Positions 26,313 through 29,058 of a DNA stretch of 29,058 nt are shown in pieces; the stretch's first letter is position 1; each line of letters begins with the position of its first letter. This stretch comes from a virus (Duplodnaviria; Caudoviricetes): positions 1 through 29,058 of the IMG/VR virus record IMGVR_UViG_3300020045_000191, one strand, 5' to 3'. The position numbers were made by a program, and so were the translations under genes. Below the pieces are notes generated by a model. That model was not told where the DNA came from. It worked only from the letters and a program-made list of their open reading frames with translations, and ran no database searches.

Positions 26313-27008
26313 TCAATCCTCGTCGTGCGCAGGGTCGTCTTGCACTGGCATGAATGCTGAACTGTTGCCCTGTGCGATCCGGTGCAACATGGCTGTGAAT
26401 GGATCTGCGTTTGTTGGTGGCGCGGTATCGAGGCCGAATGCCTGACGCTCCAAGCCAATCAGCGTCTTGAGGGTTTCGCCCAGGTCCTTCATGGTCTTGG
26501 TTCTGCCAGGTAGGCTGATGATCTTTTGATACAACTCGTTGAGTTTGTCGACACCCTTGTCATCTGGCGAGTACATCAACTCACCCAGACGGGCAAGCTC
26601 TGGCACTTGCTCAGTCTGCTGCTCCAGTTCTTCCAGCAGGCGCATAGCCAGCGTGCGAGAGCGGCCAATGTCTTTGCGTTGTGACAATCTGACGATCACG
26701 ATTGCCTCTGCGTTGGCCTCAATCACATTACGTTCGGTAACCACTGTTTCCGTGGATACCGCGCTGGATACCGAAGCCTTGGATACCAATGCATCAGCCC
26801 TGGCTTTGATTTTCTCGGACAAGTCCCTATCCCATGAGTCACGCTTTGCCCGCTTATTGATTGCTCCATGCGTGATGCCGTGCTCTGTGGCGATTTGGCG
26901 CAAGGTCTTTATGCCTATGCGGTAGTCCTGCTCAATGGCATCCCAATCAACGACAGCAGCCCCTTGCGGAGCGGTCTTCTTTGGCATCTTGGGTGTCTTG
27001 TCTGTCAT
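26313..27008 (-). CDS. terS: Terminase small subunit (true start probably ATG 27008)
   Basis: N-terminal HTH DWDAIEQDYRIGIKTLRQIATEHGITHGAINKRAKRDSW and C-terminal LIGLERQAFGL; directly upstream of terL. The longer ORF call would run through a promoter and a terminator. Confidence 0.85.
   Translation of the reverse strand: MTDKTPKMPKKTAPQGAAVVDWDAIEQDYRIGIKTLRQIATEHGITHGAINKRAKRDSWDRDLSEKIKARADALVSKASVSSAVSTETVVTERNVIEANAEAIVIVRLSQRKDIGRSRTLAMRLLEELEQQTEQVPELARLGELMYSPDDKGVDKLNELYQKIISLPGRTKTMKDLGETLKTLIGLERQAFGLDTAPPTNADPFTAMLHRIAQGNSSAFMPVQDDPAHDED
26753..26787. repeat. Three direct repeats TGGATACC inside terS
   Basis: Copies at 26753-26760, 26765-26772 and 26780-26787. Confidence 0.8.
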
Positions 27009-27014
27009 GCGGGC

Positions 27015-27056
27015 ATGATGCCGATGCATTACTGAGGTGGCAAACCCTAGAGGGGG
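27015..27056 (-). promoter_or_regulatory. Late-promoter motif copy 3 (CCCCCTCTAGGGTTTGC), TTGCCA / 17 bp / CATCAT
   Basis: Motif at 27040-27056; only 6 nt separate the -10-like hexamer from the terS ATG. Confidence 0.7.
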
Positions 27057-27067
27057 TGCGCCAATTG

Positions 27068-27096
27068 AAAAAGCCCGACTGATGCGGGCTTTTTTT
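27068..27096. terminator. Bidirectional Rho-independent terminator
   Basis: AAAAAGCCCG-ACTGATG-CGGGCTTTTTTT. Confidence 0.85.
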
Positions 27097-27106
27097 GAAT
27101 CACCGA

Positions 27107-27373
27107 TTAAGTGGACGGGCACATTCGCCACGAACTCGTCACCACTGGGCGGTCGCGCTTCTCAATGCGCTCAACAAAGGATTTTGCCTGCACCCGCCGA
27201 ACCATCGGGTTTGCACGACCAGTGGGCTCAGCTTCTGACAACTTGAAGCCGTAAAGAATCACCTCCTTGGCAACCCGGAAGGTCGCAATGACGGGGTCTG
27301 CAACAGCATGGAAACACACTGAGGCAAGAGCTGCGCAGGCCAGTAGCGCAATGGCCAGAAAACTACGTTTCAC
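27107..27373 (-). CDS. Small hypothetical protein with a hydrophobic N-terminus, monocistronic
   Basis: AAAGGA RBS and GTG start; flanked by its own promoter motif and terminator. Confidence 0.65.
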   Translation of the reverse strand: MKRSFLAIALLACAALASVCFHAVADPVIATFRVAKEVILYGFKLSEAEPTGRANPMVRRVQAKSFVERIEKRDRPVVTSSWRMCPST

Positions 27374-27434
27374 GGAAATGTCCTTTCAATATGCTTTGGC
27401 TGGAAGCGAAACCCTTGCCATATCGGGAAATTTA

Positions 27435-27477
27435 AGTGTCAATCACCTGCATTGGGTGGCGCAAACCTTAGTGGGGG
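27435..27477 (-). promoter_or_regulatory. Late-promoter motif copy 4 (CCCCCACTAAGGTTTGC), TTGCGC / 18 bp / GACACT
   Basis: Motif at 27461-27477, one mismatch from copy 2. Confidence 0.6.
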
Positions 27478-27480
27478 CTG

Positions 27481-27495
27481 TGGAACAATGTTCCA
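27481..27495. repeat. Intergenic palindrome TGGAACAATGTTCCA (15-bp form)
   Basis: Read directly; 3 bp from promoter motif copy 4. Confidence 0.85.
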
Positions 27496-27497
27496 TG

Positions 27498-27851
27498 TCA
27501 CACCACCCGAAACGCCATCACAACGCCCATCAGCTGCTTGGCCAATGCCAGGCTTTCCCGCGGTGTGAGCGTCATCACATCATCCCCGAGTTCGATCTTC
27601 ATGCGCCCCATGGGCAAGGCGGATGTGCTCACAATGCGATCTGGTGTGCTGTCGATGGGTATCCACACGCCATCGTAGAGCCGCTTGATCAACCCGCAGT
27701 CGTGCAATGCGTCGATTGAATCCGTGACGCTGGGCACTGACAAGTGGGTGAGTTCAATGATTGCCTGCTTGGTGGCCTTTTTCTGGTGGTCGTCGAGGTC
27801 AATGATGGCCTGTAGGACTTTGGCTCTGTTGGTTCCGGTCTGGGGCTTCAT
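27498..27851 (-). CDS. Winged-helix DNA-binding protein
   Basis: VLQAIIDL...ATKQAIIELTHLSVPSVTDSIDALHDCGLIKRLYDGVW fits a wHTH pattern; AAGGAAG RBS and ATGA overlap at 27851. Confidence 0.7.
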   Translation of the reverse strand: MKPQTGTNRAKVLQAIIDLDDHQKKATKQAIIELTHLSVPSVTDSIDALHDCGLIKRLYDGVWIPIDSTPDRIVSTSALPMGRMKIELGDDVMTLTPRESLALAKQLMGVVMAFRVV

Positions 27852-28048
27852 TGGCTTCCTTTTGGTGAATCTTTGTGTTTGCACCCGACACAGCCCGGGT
27901 CGCTGTATCGGTCATTGGCTTGGTACTGGCAATCGGTGGCCATGCGAAACGGGATAGTGGTGCGCAGCTGGAAGCCTGTCACTTTGCTGATTCCGTGGGC
28001 CACGTAGGATTCCACATACGGCTTTCTATCAAAACAACCGTAACTCAT
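27848..28048 (-). CDS. Small Cys-containing phage hypothetical protein
   Basis: MSYGCFDR...DCQY...DPGCVGCKH; ATGA overlaps at both ends. Confidence 0.7.
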   Translation of the reverse strand: MSYGCFDRKPYVESYVAHGISKVTGFQLRTTIPFRMATDCQYQANDRYSDPGCVGCKHKDSPKGSQ

Positions 28049-28560
28049 GGCATCAGTCCCGCCCAAGGGCTTGAGTAGTCCCGCCACCGAGTGCCAGCCT
28101 TGATGCCTGTGATCAGGCTCCGGTTAACGCCATACCTGGCAGCCAGCACTGGCCCTGTCTCAGAGCTAAGTCGAATCTCTCGGGCATCATCTAGGGTCAG
28201 CTTTGCACAAGAGGTGCGCTTTGCAGTCGCAATCTTGGCTGCGCGGTCTTTACCCTTCCACCCTCCCCGCTTTGCTGCCAGCTTCCCGATTTCCTTGGTG
28301 CTCGAAGGTTTGATGTGCTCAGGGTGAATGCACAGCTTTTCGCCGCACGTTGTAATCAGGGGCACGCGAGGCTTCAGCACCCCGCCTGCCAGCTCAAACA
28401 TGGCCCGGCGCACCAGGGTGCACGTCTTTCCGTGTGGTGTGTACGTTGGGTTTCCGCCAGATGTTGATCCAGTCCACAGAAAACAGTCGCCCACTTCTTC
28501 GGTGCGGTCAATCAGTGCCATCATGGCGATGGTTTCGGCGATCAGGTCTTCTGTTTTCAT
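28045..28560 (-). CDS. Degenerate HNH-like domain plus C-terminal HTH
   Basis: DCFLWTG, CGEKLCIHPEHI and AKLTLDDAREIR...LAARYGVNRSLITGIKAGTRW. Confidence 0.7.
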   Translation of the reverse strand: MKTEDLIAETIAMMALIDRTEEVGDCFLWTGSTSGGNPTYTPHGKTCTLVRRAMFELAGGVLKPRVPLITTCGEKLCIHPEHIKPSSTKEIGKLAAKRGGWKGKDRAAKIATAKRTSCAKLTLDDAREIRLSSETGPVLAARYGVNRSLITGIKAGTRWRDYSSPWAGLMP

Positions 28561-29039
28561 GCTTCACTCCACATTGGTAAATTCTTAGGCCACTGCCCAG
28601 CGCACTCAATCGCCCGGCGCGTATCTGCTGCCCATGCAAGCCCGACGGTCACGGCCACATCACGCGGGAACATGCGCCACTGGTCATAGTCTTGGTGGCA
28701 GCCGGTGATGCCTGGGCGAACGCAGCACAGTGCAAAAATCTGGCGGTCATCCTGTTTAAGTCCCCGGCCATCAGGTGGCACATGGGCTGCCTGGCTGTAG
28801 CCTTGGATGCCACAAGCCTTGCAGGGCATGGCGGCGACCAGGCGGCGGTATTCCTCGCTGCGTTCTGGCGCTTCCTTGGGGATGCTCACCACATCGCCAA
28901 ACACCGGGTAGTGCACGGGAACGGTCAGGCGGGCATACACCGGGGCAGCGCGTTCGGCCTTGATGTAGGGCGTGATCTTGGGTTTGAATGGGGGGCGGCT
29001 CGCGCCTTGCCCCCATGCGCCAACCCGCCCTGATACCAC
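28557..29039 (-). CDS. Nin-region Zn-binding HNH-like protein (DUF968/DUF1364-like); start uncertain
   Basis: RSEEYRRLVAAMPCKACG...SQAAH...GRGLKQDD...ALC...CH..YD pattern. Confidence 0.65.
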   Translation of the reverse strand: MVSGRVGAWGQGASRPPFKPKITPYIKAERAAPVYARLTVPVHYPVFGDVVSIPKEAPERSEEYRRLVAAMPCKACGIQGYSQAAHVPPDGRGLKQDDRQIFALCCVRPGITGCHQDYDQWRMFPRDVAVTVGLAWAADTRRAIECAGQWPKNLPMWSEA

Positions 29040-29058
29040 GGCCCGACCGTTGCATCCG

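Larger units (their letters stand above)
1..29058 (-). mobile_element. Podovirus-like phage/prophage morphogenesis region
   Basis: Co-oriented terS-terL-portal-scaffold-MCP-tail-ejection genes; no host genes, integrase or att site visible. Confidence 0.95.

Noticed and set aside
27009-27131. N-terminal extension of terS in the ORF track
   Set aside because: It runs through a terminator and the promoter motif; ATG 27008 is more plausible.
6619-27495. Palindrome as a canonical parS or LexA box
   Set aside because: Canonical parS is TGTTNCACGTGAAACA-like with the opposite half-site order. LexA boxes are CTGT-N8-ACAG or GAAC-N4-GTTC, and the spacing here is N2/N3.
619-29033. Numerous plus-strand and alternative-frame ORFs (e.g. 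5669-6613, 7511-8500, 15604-16473, 18216-19130)
   Set aside because: They lie antisense to well-supported phage genes and have no recognisable motifs; these are typical shadow ORFs of GC-rich DNA.

Overview
Late-gene region of a tailed, podovirus-like phage or prophage. The host is probably a betaproteobacterium, which is an inference from protein style. Nearly all genes lie on the minus strand. Reading right to left: Nin-like small genes (Zn/HNH-like, degenerate HNH-HTH, Cys-rich, winged helix), a stand-alone small gene, TerS, TerL, a P22-like portal, an Acb2-family anti-CBASS sponge, scaffold, N4-gp56-like major capsid, cement protein, an RyR-domain protein, adaptor and tail proteins, two putative ejection proteins, and a >2600-aa polyvalent protein (SF2 helicase, N6A-MTase, HExxGH peptidase-like). 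That giant gene is broken at ~608-612 by an inverted junction onto what looks like its own downstream part. Signals outside the gene calls: four copies of a 17-bp late-promoter motif, eight copies of a TGGAAC-N2/3-GTTCCA palindrome (six inside protein linkers), a multi-hairpin scaffold leader, and triple direct repeats in terS. All family calls come from motif recognition by eye; no searches were run.
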